Position numbers and translations under genes: made by a program. A DNA stretch of 64,000 bases from an uncultured delta proteobacterium (GTDB lineage: Bacteria > Desulfobacterota > Binatia > UBA9968): assembly GCA_963745035.1 (NCBI GenBank), contig CAVUVW010000019.1, positions 160,001-224,000 on the forward strand, given 5' to 3'. Of this stretch, positions 42,494 through 52,518 are shown piece by piece. Below the pieces are notes generated by a model. That model saw nothing but the letters and a program-made list of their open reading frames with translations, had not been told where the DNA came from and did not search any database. The number at the start of each line of letters is the position of its first letter. The first letter of the stretch is position 1.

Positions 42494-42575
42494 GTCTAAC
42501 TGGTCTAACTATTGAGTGAGCTGCCGTAGGCGACGACAAAGGCTGGTCGGCCCGATCTCCAGCGGTGGCTCCGAC
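42494..42575 (-). mobile_element. attC: Degenerate attC site with duplicated R' core
   Basis: Minus: GTCGGAGC CACCG CTGGAG...GCAGCTCACT CAATA GTTAGAC CA GTTAGAC, then ATG 12 nt later; R'' is decayed. Confidence 0.65.
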
Positions 42576-42634
42576 AGTATTGTGTCCCCGGGATTCTGCC
42601 CCAGCGCCGGAATTGCCTGCAAAAACCGCTCAGG

Positions 42635-43075
42635 CTAGTCTTTGCCCCAACCGCTGACGACCTCGGGCCGCACCCGGAACTGCACCCGTCGCTCTCCTGG
42701 GGCGCGATACGGGTATGCTTCCACTCCGAGATACTTCTTGGCGAGGCGGTTGATCCCCGCGCCGGCGCCCTGCTCTTCACTAATGACCTGGACCACGCGG
42801 CCACGCAGGCCGAGGTTGCGGTAGGGGTTTTCAGGATCAAGGACACTGAGCGCGACGGGGCTCCCGAGGCGAAGGGCGTTGGCCTTGGTCCGTCCCTCCG
42901 CTGTGTTGAGAAGGATATCCTCACCGTCCAGATCCACCCACATCGCCGATACGTGAGGTGTCCCGTCTGGCAAAACGACGCCAACGTGAACGAGCACCGG
43001 CTTCTCGATCAACTGGCGCTCCTTCGCGGTCAACTGCCGATGCGCCACCGTCATGTTTGGATGCTGCAGAGCCAT
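42635..43075 (-). CDS. PPOX class (probably F420-dependent) oxidoreductase, cassette-borne
   Basis: PDGTPHVSAMWVD, NTAEGRTKANAL, LDPENPYR, INRLAKKYLG..YP; starts 17 nt after GTTAGAC. Confidence 0.88.
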   Translation of the reverse strand: MALQHPNMTVAHRQLTAKERQLIEKPVLVHVGVVLPDGTPHVSAMWVDLDGEDILLNTAEGRTKANALRLGSPVALSVLDPENPYRNLGLRGRVVQVISEEQGAGAGINRLAKKYLGVEAYPYRAPGERRVQFRVRPEVVSGWGKD

Positions 43076-43092
43076 CTCTCTCCTCCTGTCCT

Positions 43093-43239
43093 GTCTAACT
43101 ATTGAATATACAGACCCGTATATCTCGATGCCTGTTAACCTTCAAATAGTATGAGTTTTGCTATGAATTTAAGCAGCTGACAGTGATTTCTAAAGTAAAA
43201 CGAAGAAGTAATATACGGATCTGTATATTTCCGTTATAC
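43093..43239 (-). mobile_element. attC: Long attC-like site (147 bp)
   Basis: Ends GTATAAC/GTTAGAC (minus); 19-bp inverted arms AATATACAGACCCGTATAT / ATATACGGATCTGTATATT with one mismatch; AT-rich centre; spacer lengths non-canonical. Confidence 0.65.
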
Positions 43240-43269
43240 CCGCCGGGATCGCCGTTACCGGCGTAGTCT

Positions 43270-43734
43270 TTAAGAACCCTTTGCCAATTCCGCGACCACC
43301 GCGAGAACCTCCTTGTACGTGCCGCAGCGGCAAAGGTTTCCGGATAGATAATCCCGCGCCTGCTCTTCTGTGGGATGCGGGTGGGCGTTGAGCAGGCCTT
43401 TCACCGCCATGATCATGCCGGTGGTGCAGAAGCCGCACTGGAAGGCTTGGTGTTTGAGAAACGCTTGCTGCACCGGGTCGAGCTCACCGTTTTGTGCTAG
43501 GCCCTCGATGGTCGTGACTTGTTTGTCTTCGATATTGCTTGCGAGGGTGAGGCAGGAGCTGACGGGTTTGCCGTCGATGAGCACCGTGCAGGAGCCGCAG
43601 ACGCCGACGCTGCAGCCTTCGACCGCGCCTTTGAGTTTCAAATCCTCGCGCAGGAATTCCAAAAGGGTTTGATGGGCGTTTACCTGAACGTCCTGCCGCT
43701 GGCCGTTGATCGTGGTTGAAAGTGAGATCTTCAT
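43270..43734 (-). CDS. Xanthine dehydrogenase family [2Fe-2S] subunit
   Basis: GCSVGVCGSCTV, QCGFCTTG, GNLCRCGTY. Confidence 0.93.
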   Translation of the reverse strand: MKISLSTTINGQRQDVQVNAHQTLLEFLREDLKLKGAVEGCSVGVCGSCTVLIDGKPVSSCLTLASNIEDKQVTTIEGLAQNGELDPVQQAFLKHQAFQCGFCTTGMIMAVKGLLNAHPHPTEEQARDYLSGNLCRCGTYKEVLAVVAELAKGS

Positions 43735-46022
43735 CAGCGATCTTCTTTCGCCGCCTGGATAGCCGCAACGATTTTGTCCGGCTTGATCGGCAGATCTCAT
43801 CACGCGCGACGCCGTTGAGTGCGTTGGCGACGGCGTTGCCGATCGCCGCCGCCATCGGCGGTAGTGCGGCTTCGCCCATGCCTTTGGCTCCGAACGGACC
43901 GTCGGGATGCGGGGTTTCGACGAGCACGGATTCGAATGTCGACCGGATGATCCTGCATGGACGGCAGCAGGTAGTCGAGAAACGTGCCGTTGATCGGCTG
44001 GCCGTTGTCGAAGCGCATTTCTTCGAAAAGCGCGGAACCCAGGCCGGCGAGCGCCGAACCTTCATTCTGGAGATCGCATTGCTTCGGATGAATGCCTTTG
44101 CCGACGTCCACGGCGGTGGCGACTTTCAGCACACGGACCTTGCCGGTTTCAGTATCGACTTCAACTTCGGCTCCGGCGGCGGAGTAGAACCAGAACGATG
44201 AACCTTTGCCCTGGCCGGTCTTGGCGTCGACGCCGCCCTCGGTGCGCAACGTGTGATTGCCGAACAAGCTGCCGTTCGGCTCGCCGAAGATCGCGCGAAA
44301 GAGCTGCGGGAAAGTGAGGCTCTTTTCAGGCACGCCTTTGACCTGCAAGCGCAGGTCGCGCAATTCCAAATCTTCGATTCGTGCTTCCAGCGCTTTGGCG
44401 CCGGCTTGCAGCAATTGATCGCGTATCTGGCCAGCCGCGATCTGCGCGGCGCGGCCCATATGGAATGTCGTGCGGCTGGAGCTGGTCGATTTGTCGTAGG
44501 GCGTTACGTCGGTATCAGGGAACGTCACGGTCACTCGCTCGAAGGGCAGGCCGAGCACGTCTCCGACGATCTGAGCGAGAGAAGTATGCGCGCCCTGGCC
44601 GATCTCGGCGCTGCTCGTCAACAAGATCGCCGAGCCGTCCGCATTCAGGCGGACGCTGGCTGCAGATGTGCTGGGAGTCGATGTACTCTTGATAGCGACG
44701 GCGACGCCTCTGCCGCGCACGAACGGTCGAGCTGTTCGTGGCGTTTGCTCTTGGTGCGTCGGTCCAGCCAATCGGCCTGCGCGGCTTGGCGCAGGCATTC
44801 GGACACGCCGACCGAAATCATCGGTTCGCCGGTGATGAAGCGATCGCCCTCTTTGATCAAATTTTTCAGTCGAAGCTCGACCGGATCGACACTCAAGCGT
44901 CGCGCGATCTCGTCCATCTCGGACTCGTAGGCCCAGCACACGTGCGACGCGCCGACACCGCGATAGGGGCCGGCCGGCGGCAGGTTCGTGTAAACGGCGC
45001 AGGTCGTGTAATCACGGTGCGGAATATTGTACGGGCCGCCCGCGATGATGCAGGCGTTCTTCGTGTTCGCCGGACCAGAGAGCGCGTAGGCGCCCATGTC
45101 ATAGTGGGCTTCGACTTTGCGCGCCCACAGCCGGCCGTCGCGCTTGAAGCCGGTCTTGATCTTAATCACCGCGCCGAAGCGACGGCCCGTAAGAAAGACT
45201 TCTTCTCGCGTGAGAATCCATTGCACCGGCCGTCGCGCTTTGCGCGCGAGCAACGCGACGACGGGCTCGATGCGCGCGTGGTTCTTGCCGCCGTAGCCCC
45301 CGCCGACCGGCGGCACGATGACGCGCACGCGATTGAGCGGCAGCTTGAATACTTTCGCGAGCTGCTCTTGCAACGGCGATGGCGTCTGGCAAGGAGAGTG
45401 GACCACGAGCTTGCCGCCACCCTCCCAATAGGCCGTGACGGCGTGCGGTTCGATATGACCGTGCTGCACCGGCGGCAAACTATAAGTGTTTTCAATAACT
45501 TCATCGGACTCTTTGAAGCCTTGCTCTATGTCGCCGCTTGCCGCGCGATAGACGCCATGAATGTTTCCACCGGCTGGCTTTGTCGACATGCTCTTCATGG
45601 ATGATCGGCGCGCCGGACTTTGCCGCTTCGAGAATATCCGTGACCGCGGGCAATTCTTCGTACTCTACATCGATCAAGGCAATCGCTTCCTCGGCGATCT
45701 CGCGGCTATCGGCCGCGACGGCCGCAACGATGTCGCCTACGTAGCGGACCTTGTCGATGGCGACGACCGGCTGGTCTTCCACGCCGGTGCCAAAATAGGG
45801 ATTGATGCCGGTCAAATCATCCCGTGTGACGATCGCGCGAACACCTGGCAGCGCGGCGGCTTTGCGCGCATCGATTCGAAGGAGCTTGGCGTGCGGGTAG
45901 GGGCTGCGCAGGGCCTTGGCGAAAAGCTGGCCCGGAAATTCCAAGTTCGCGATGTAACTCACCGCGCCGGTGACTTTAGCGAGCGCTCCGGTCATCGGAA
46001 CATTGGTGCCGACGAGCGTCAT
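43734..46022 (-). CDS. Xanthine dehydrogenase family molybdopterin-binding subunit, at least four frameshifts
   Basis: KVTGAVSY, VGGGYGGK, AGPYRGVG, EIGQG, EVDTETG, GPFGAKGMGE across consecutive ORFs. Confidence 0.88.
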
Positions 46023-46886
46023 CAGGTTCGCTCCCTCGTCTCGGTCACGGTGGTAAGGGCTCGGCGCACCAAGACACCAACGAGATGGCGCTTGTATTCA
46101 GCCGGCCCGCGCACGTCTTCAATGGGATCGACGGCACGCGCCGCTTCCGCCGCTATACGTCCAATCAATTCTGCATCAAGGCTTTGGCCTCGAGCGAGTT
46201 CTTCGCCGGCAGTGATGCGTACCGGCCGCGCCGATACGGCGCCGACAGCCAAACGAAGGTCGCGACAGATTCCATCTTCCAGTCGCGCGAGCGCTGCGAC
46301 GCCCGCGCAGGGGCGCTCTTCCGAGGAACCGGTGGTGAATTTGATGTAGGTTCCCCTAAATTCTTTCGGAAGCGGTGGAATAGAAATCGCGGTGATCAGT
46401 TCGCCCGCGCTCGAGTGCGGTCTCGTAGCTACCGCGTTGAAAGTCGCTCAATGGCATCTCCCGGGCGCCGCGCCCGCTCGTTATCTCGACCGTGGCGTCC
46501 AGTGCCACGAGTACGGTTGGTGGATCGGATTGATAGTCGCCGTGAGCCAGGTTGCCTCCGATGGTTGCCATGTTTCGTATTCGAATATTGGCGACGAGGT
46601 GGCAGGCTTCGGCGAGGATAGGGTAGTGCTGCTGAACCAACGGCGAAGTTTCGATCTCGTTGATCGTCGCCAGCGCACCGATGCGCAGACCGCGCTGTGG
46701 GTCAAATCTGATTTCTGCGCCGTCGCGGATCTTTTTGAGATTGACCAGCGTCTTGGGGGCTAGCAGGCCTTGTTTGATGATCGTCAGGAGCGCCGTGCCG
46801 CCCGCAATGGGTTTGGCTTCCGCATCCGCGAGAGCGGAGCAAGCCTCGGCAAGAGATTTCGGTTCGCGTAGTTCAAAGCTTCTCAT
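46022..46886 (-). CDS. Xanthine dehydrogenase family FAD-binding subunit, frameshifted
   Basis: IAGGTAL, IRIRNMATIGGNLAHGD, DVRGPAEYKRHL. Confidence 0.87.
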
Positions 46887-46918
46887 CGGGAACTTCGCCA
46901 TTCGCAGCTCATGCAACT

Positions 46919-47626
46919 CTAGCTCGCCGGCGGCCGCGGATAAGTTTTCGTGCTGTGGGTCAAGCCCATGCGCACCAGCATTTCTGCCGTTTGAATGCTG
47001 GTCTTCAGCGCGTCCATTACCGGGACGCCGAGTTCCTTTTCAAATTCGTGCGGTGAATACTGCACCGGCACCATGGTCACGCCCATCGGCACGATGATCT
47101 CCGCGTCGTGGTTGTCGATCAAGTCGCGGCCGACTTGGATAAATCGTTCGCGCATGGCGTTACGGTTCTTGGTGCTTTCGGGCAGCGGGATCTGAACGCT
47201 GCGCATTCCCACGACTGAGTCGGCGACTCTCCAGGCATGCATCTGCTTGCGCATGAACGCAATGCTCTTTTCTTCGTAGGCAATGACACCTAGGCGATTG
47301 CTGAGCTGCACTCCAAGATGCATGACCGATTGGCCGGCGCCGACCACGGGAATTCGCACGAGATTGCGCGCGAGCTCGACTCCTGCATCGAGAGTGCCGA
47401 ACGGCACCACGGCGTCGTAGCCGTCGGCTTCGGCTTTGACGGCAACCTCTGCGACCAGCGGTCCCGCGGAAAGGGAATTTACCTGAGAGTTGGAGCGGCG
47501 AAAGAAGGTCGCCTTGATGACGGCGAAACCGATCTCTGTGCCCGGCGACGCGCACTTCAAAACGGCTTGACGGCGCCGTTCGCCTTCCTCGGGCGGGTAT
47601 TCGCCCATGACCATCATAATTTTCAT
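46919..47626 (-). CDS. Asp/Glu/hydantoin racemase family protein
   Basis: AEADGYDAVV, DAGVELAR..VRIPVVGAG, LGVPVMD; catalytic Cys pair not evident (FGT, MGVT). Confidence 0.78.
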   Translation of the reverse strand: MKIMMVMGEYPPEEGERRRQAVLKCASPGTEIGFAVIKATFFRRSNSQVNSLSAGPLVAEVAVKAEADGYDAVVPFGTLDAGVELARNLVRIPVVGAGQSVMHLGVQLSNRLGVIAYEEKSIAFMRKQMHAWRVADSVVGMRSVQIPLPESTKNRNAMRERFIQVGRDLIDNHDAEIIVPMGVTMVPVQYSPHEFEKELGVPVMDALKTSIQTAEMLVRMGLTHSTKTYPRPPAS

Positions 47627-47759
47627 TCGTCGCTCCTCACTGGAAGATGCTTCAGCGGGAACTATCTCGTATTCGCAAAACTATTGTCAACTTCGATGGA
47701 GAGACTCATTCCTTCGTCCTTGACACAAACCGGCCGCCCGTTATTTAGTAAGGCCGCCT

Positions 47760-48200
47760 ATGAAAATTCAGAACGGCGCGCTCGGACACATCGTTCTCAA
47801 TGTCGCGGACCTTAAAAAGTCGGAAGATTTTTATCGCTCGATTCTCGGTCTGAAAGTCTCCGCGCGAAACCTGGATACCAGGATGACTTTCTTGAGCTAC
47901 GGCAAGGAGCATCACGACATCGCTCTCCAGGCTTTGCCCAAAGGCTCGAAGCATGTGAGCGGCAAAGGGATGCCCAAGCTGCACCATTTCTGTGTTTACG
48001 TCGATTCGAACGACATCATCGACAAGATCCATCCGATCTTGAAAACGCGAAAGATTCCGATCGTCAGCGGCCCGGAGACGCTTGTCGTGGCCGGCAACCG
48101 CTCGATCAGTTTTCTCGATCCGGACGGCAACCGCGTCGAGATCGCCTGCAACGCGAATAAGTTTCAGTTCGACAATCGGCGAGCGCAAAGAGATCGTCAA
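47760..48200 (+). CDS. VOC family protein; 3' end uncertain
   Basis: LGHIVLNV, FYRSILGL, HHDIAL, LHHFC, FLDPDGNRVEI; ORF tail reads through an intergenic repeat. Confidence 0.8.
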
Positions 48201-48348
48201 AACTCGCCGCAGCATGCGATAGTTCGATGCACCGCCTATCCTAACCTTCCCCCGTCGAGGGGGAAGGGATCGGATTTGTGGCATTCTGACCGGGAAGCGA
48301 AGAAGTGGTTTTTATCGAGGCGTGTGACAAATTATCACGAGGTAACCA

Positions 48349-49125
48349 ATGTCAGCTGAAGCTGTGCTGAGCGGCGAGACACTGCCAGTGAAGGAATTCT
48401 GCGATGTGCTGGTGAACGAGGTGAAAAACAAGCACGCGCGCTTGTACCATCCGTTCTATCTCGATTTGTACGAAGGCAAGCTGCCGTTGGACGCCGTCAG
48501 GATTTGGGCGAAGGAGGCGTGGGGCATTTTCGCTTACAACGTCGCGATCAACACGGCAAAGCTGGTGCGCTGCCAGTTGTCGGGCATCCACGATCCCGAG
48601 ATTCACAAGAAGTTCGTCGACATCATTCACTCCGAGGTCGGCTACACCTATTTCGAAGGATCGCCGCGCCCAGTTCTGGGACACCGCGCGTTGTTTCTGC
48701 GCTTCGGCGAAAGCATCGGCATACCCGGCAAGGAGCTGGAGCGCTGCGAAGTGGAGGAAGACTTTTTGCCGACAACGGTGTTGGCGCGGGTCGGCTGGCT
48801 CGACATCGCCCTCAGAAGCAATCACATCCTCGAGCAAGTGGCATCGACCAATTGCTGCAATGAGTTTTCGAACCAACTGACCGGAGGTAAATTTTTCAGA
48901 GCATTCAGGGATCATTACGGCCTCAAGCCGCACGATATCGAATTTTTCGCCGAGCACGGCGAAGCGGACACGGAGCACAGCAACATCGGCTACGAACTGG
49001 TGGAACAATTCGCCACGACCAACGACTTGCAGGTTCGCGTCCTGAAAGCGCTGCGCAAGGGGCTTGCGATCTGGTGGGCGTTGACCGACGGCGTCGCGCG
49101 AGAGTGCGCGAAATTGAAAAAATAA
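48349..49125 (+). CDS. Heme-oxygenase-like diiron protein (TenA/PqqC/CADD)
   Basis: HPFY, HSE...GHRALFLRFGESIG, NE, FFAEHGEADTEHS. Confidence 0.85.
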   Translation: MSAEAVLSGETLPVKEFCDVLVNEVKNKHARLYHPFYLDLYEGKLPLDAVRIWAKEAWGIFAYNVAINTAKLVRCQLSGIHDPEIHKKFVDIIHSEVGYTYFEGSPRPVLGHRALFLRFGESIGIPGKELERCEVEEDFLPTTVLARVGWLDIALRSNHILEQVASTNCCNEFSNQLTGGKFFRAFRDHYGLKPHDIEFFAEHGEADTEHSNIGYELVEQFATTNDLQVRVLKALRKGLAIWWALTDGVARECAKLKK

Positions 49126-49180
49126 CGGATCCACCATCAAGCAAGTCATGACCTTATGAAAATCGACCGATTTCCTTCGT

Positions 49181-49259
49181 CGTCATTCCCGCGCACGCGG
49201 GAATCCAGGTTTGTTTTCCGCCTCAATTAGCCTGGATACCCGCTTTCGCGGGTATGACG
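49181..49259. repeat. REP-like GTCATTCCC palindromic element
   Basis: CGTCATTCCCGCGCACGCGGGAATCCAG ... CTGGATACCCGCTTTCGCGGGTATGACG. Confidence 0.8.
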
Positions 49260-49388
49260 GAACGCAACGGTTGCGTAGCGTATTCCGCTTTCTCATTACA
49301 CGGATCCGCCACGCGCGCGTACTTGCGGAGGAGCATGCGATGAGTTCGAAGGATACGATTATTCTTTCGGATCCAATCGGAGGATGTC

Positions 49389-49946
49389 ATGGAACTCCTG
49401 TCAACCTATCATCTGAAGAAATGGGCTGAGGCAAACAAGGACTTTTTCAAACCGCCGTTTCGCACCAATAAGCTGCTCGTTCATCACAAGGATTTTCTCG
49501 TCATGATGCTGCGCGGGCCGAATACGCGGCTGGATTTTCATATCGAGCCGGGGGACGAATTCTTCTATCAAGTGGAAGGCGAGATGGAGCTTCATCTCAA
49601 ACCCGAAGGCGAGCGGCGCGAGGTGGTGAAAGTCAAGGAAGGCGAAATCTTCGTCGTTCCGGGCGGCTTGCCGCATTCGCCGCGGCGCTTCGAGAACACC
49701 TGGGGACTCGTGATCGAGCGCAAGCGGCGCGATGAAGAGAAAGAGGAGTTCGCCTGGTTTTGCGAAAAATGCGACGAGCTGGTGCTGTCGCGCATCGTCA
49801 ATCAGGGCAACATCCCGTCTCAAGTGTCGGCGGTGTACGGCGAATTCAACGCCGACCCCAAGCTGCGCACCTGCCGCGCCTGCGGCTACGTCTTTCCCGA
49901 GACCCCGATGGCAGAGCGGTTGAGCTTTCTGGAGCCGAAAAAATAG
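49389..49946 (+). CDS. nbaC: 3-hydroxyanthranilate 3,4-dioxygenase family
   Basis: GPNTRLDFHIEPGDEFFYQ, PHSPRR, GLVIERKR, CEKC and CRAC. Confidence 0.85.
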   Translation: MELLSTYHLKKWAEANKDFFKPPFRTNKLLVHHKDFLVMMLRGPNTRLDFHIEPGDEFFYQVEGEMELHLKPEGERREVVKVKEGEIFVVPGGLPHSPRRFENTWGLVIERKRRDEEKEEFAWFCEKCDELVLSRIVNQGNIPSQVSAVYGEFNADPKLRTCRACGYVFPETPMAERLSFLEPKK

Positions 49947-50021
49947 TTTTCAGCCAGGGACCTCTCCATCCTCACCACAGCCGAAGGTCGACCACCGTCG
50001 CCTCTAAGTTACAAGTCAGCC

Positions 50022-51443
50022 ATGAACGCGGACCACGAAATATGCTTCATGAGCGCGCGCTCTCTTGCAGAGTCATTGCGCCGTCGCGATCTTTCTGCCC
50101 GCGAAGTCATGGAGGCGTTCCTGGCGCAGATCGAGCGATTGAATCCGAAAATCAACGCCATCGTAGCCAAATTGGATGATGAAAAATGTCTGAGTCTCGC
50201 GGACGAGGCTGATCGGCGATCGGGTCGGGGCGAAGGCGTGGGGCCGCTGCACGGGCTGCCATTCGCTTTCAAGGATCTCGACCCGGCGATCGGGTTTCCA
50301 ATGACGCGCGGCTCGCCGATCTTCCGGAACTTTATGCCGGCGGAAGACTCGGTTCTCGTCGGACGGCTCAAGCGCGCCGGGGTGATTCCCATCGGCAAGA
50401 CCAACGTGTCCGAGTTCGGCATGGGCTCGCACACCTACAACGAAGTGTACGGCACGACGCTCAATCCCTACGACCTCACGAAGACCGCGGGCGGCTCGAG
50501 CGGCGGCGCCGGCGCCGCGCTTGCCGCCGGGCTATTGCCGCTGGCGAGCGGCAGCGATCTTGGCGGCTCGCTGAGAAATCCGGCCAATTTCAACAACATT
50601 GTCGCTCTGCGCCCGACCGTCGGACTTGTGCCCGGCGCGCCGGTCGCCCTGCCGTTTCTGGGATTCACCGTAAAGGGGCCGATGGCGCGGTCGGTCGCCG
50701 ACGCGGCTTTTCTGCTGAGCGCCATGGCGGGAGCCGACCCGCGCGACCCTCTCAGTTATCCCTGCGATCCCTCGGTGTTCGCGAAGCCGCTGGAGCGGAG
50801 CTTCAAGAGCGCGCGCATCGCCTGGTGTCTCGACCTCGGTGGATTGCCGATGGACCGCCGGGTTCGCGACGTGTTGGAAGCACAGCGCAAAACTTTCATC
50901 GACCTCGGGTGTGCGGTCGAAGAGGCTTGTCCTGATCTCAGCGGCGCCGATGAAATGTTTCTCACTCTCCGCGCCTGGAACTACTGGCACACCCTCGGTC
51001 CATTGCTGGAAACACATCGCGACGAAATGAAAGACGAGGCGGTTTGGCAAATCGAAGCGGGCAGAGAGCTGAGCGGAAGCGACGTCGCCGAAGCGATGGC
51101 ACGGCACGGCGAACTGATGGAGCACTTCCGCCGTTTTCTGGAGCAATACGAATTTCTCATTTGCGCGGTGAATCAGGTGCCGCCCTTCGATGCCACGATA
51201 CACTGGCCCAAGGAAATCGAAGGGGTCACGATGGAGCATTACATCGCGTGGATGAAGACCGCATATTGGATCACGCCGACCTTTTGTCCGGCGATCTCAG
51301 TTCCGGCGGGATTCACGAGCGACGGCCTTCCCGTCGGGATTCAGATCGTCGGCAGGTATCGCGCGGATTTCAGCGTGCTGCAAATTGCTCACGCCTTCGA
51401 GCAAGCAACAGGTTTCGGCGAGATCAGGCCGGCAATCGCATGA
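50022..51443 (+). CDS. Amidase (amidase signature family)
   Basis: GPLHGLPFAFKD, GGSSGG, GSDLGGSLRNPA, GLPVGIQIVG. Confidence 0.93.
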   Translation: MNADHEICFMSARSLAESLRRRDLSAREVMEAFLAQIERLNPKINAIVAKLDDEKCLSLADEADRRSGRGEGVGPLHGLPFAFKDLDPAIGFPMTRGSPIFRNFMPAEDSVLVGRLKRAGVIPIGKTNVSEFGMGSHTYNEVYGTTLNPYDLTKTAGGSSGGAGAALAAGLLPLASGSDLGGSLRNPANFNNIVALRPTVGLVPGAPVALPFLGFTVKGPMARSVADAAFLLSAMAGADPRDPLSYPCDPSVFAKPLERSFKSARIAWCLDLGGLPMDRRVRDVLEAQRKTFIDLGCAVEEACPDLSGADEMFLTLRAWNYWHTLGPLLETHRDEMKDEAVWQIEAGRELSGSDVAEAMARHGELMEHFRRFLEQYEFLICAVNQVPPFDATIHWPKEIEGVTMEHYIAWMKTAYWITPTFCPAISVPAGFTSDGLPVGIQIVGRYRADFSVLQIAHAFEQATGFGEIRPAIA

Positions 51444-51497
51444 TGCTCGGAACCCTTGGCTTCGAGGTGAGGATTGTTGATATCATCTCCGGCAAGA

Positions 51498-52509
51498 TCA
51501 TCTCTGATAGAGCTTGGCGACGAAGCCGCTCTTCTCGATTTCCTTCAAAATCGTGCCGTCGAAAAACTGCTCGGGTTTGGCCGCTTTCGCGCGCGGGTCT
51601 TTTTCCGCCATCCAGGTAAGCTGGGTTTGGATTGCCGCCGGCGGAGGGATGGGGAATCTGCGGGTAGATATCGCGATAGAGGCGGTAGACTTCCTCCAGC
51701 GTTTCGCGGTCATCGATGCGCAGGTATTTGCTCATCGCGCGAATGCTCGGCTCGGGGTTGTTCTTGACCATGTGGATGCCTTCGATGATCGCGCGCATGT
51801 ATCGGGTTGCCACATCCGGCTGGGCCTTGAGGAAGGCGCGGGTGGTGATCACTTCGAGCTGCGGAAACGGAATGTCGTATTGAGTCGGATCGACGAGAAT
51901 GCTGAAGCCCGCCTTCTTGCCGAGATTGAAAAACTCCGGCGTGAGAACCGTGGTGTCGACGCTGCGTTTGCTCAGCGCTGAAAGACGCGTGCTCGTGCCG
52001 CCGGTCTGAAGAATCGTGACGTCTTTATCCGGCACCAGGCCGTAGCGCTGCAGGATCAGGCGCGCCGCCAGATCCGAAGCACTGCCGAAGCGGGATATCG
52101 CGAGCTTCTTTCCCTTCAATTGATCCAGTGACTTGATTTCCTTTTGCGCAAGCAGCGCGTACGGCAAGCGCGGCTCGATGCTGGCGATGGAAACCACGTC
52201 GCTGCCGGCGAGATTGCTGCTCACTGCCACCGTCCCGCCGCCCATGGCGATCTGGGTCTCGCCGGCGGTCAGCGCCTGCACCGTGGTGACGCCGCTTTCG
52301 ATCAGCACAACGTCGACGCTCAGACCGTGCTTCTCGAAAATTCTTGCGTCTTTCGCCAGCCAATAGGCCGCCATGTTGGCGGTCAGGGCGCTGTACGAAG
52401 TCTTCAATCGAGTGTGTTGGGCGGTGGCGGTGCCGGCAACGACATGGCTCATCAGCAAAGTCACAATCAGACCAATCGTTCCGATATGTCGGGTCGGTTT
52501 TATCTGCAT
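51498..52509 (-). CDS. ABC substrate-binding protein (SsuA/THI5-like), frameshift near 51625
   Basis: IFEKHGLSV, QLKGKKLAISRFGSASD; C-terminus in ORF 51498..51713. Confidence 0.87.
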
Positions 52510-52518
52510 AGCGCCTCT

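Noticed and set aside
42090-42515. Plus-strand 141-aa ORF as an independent gene
   Set aside because: It is a chimera of the inverted protease middle and the antisense of the protease N-terminus
48349-49125. PQQ biosynthesis or thiamine salvage locus
   Set aside because: No pqqA/B/D/E or thi genes nearby; residues fit a diiron site
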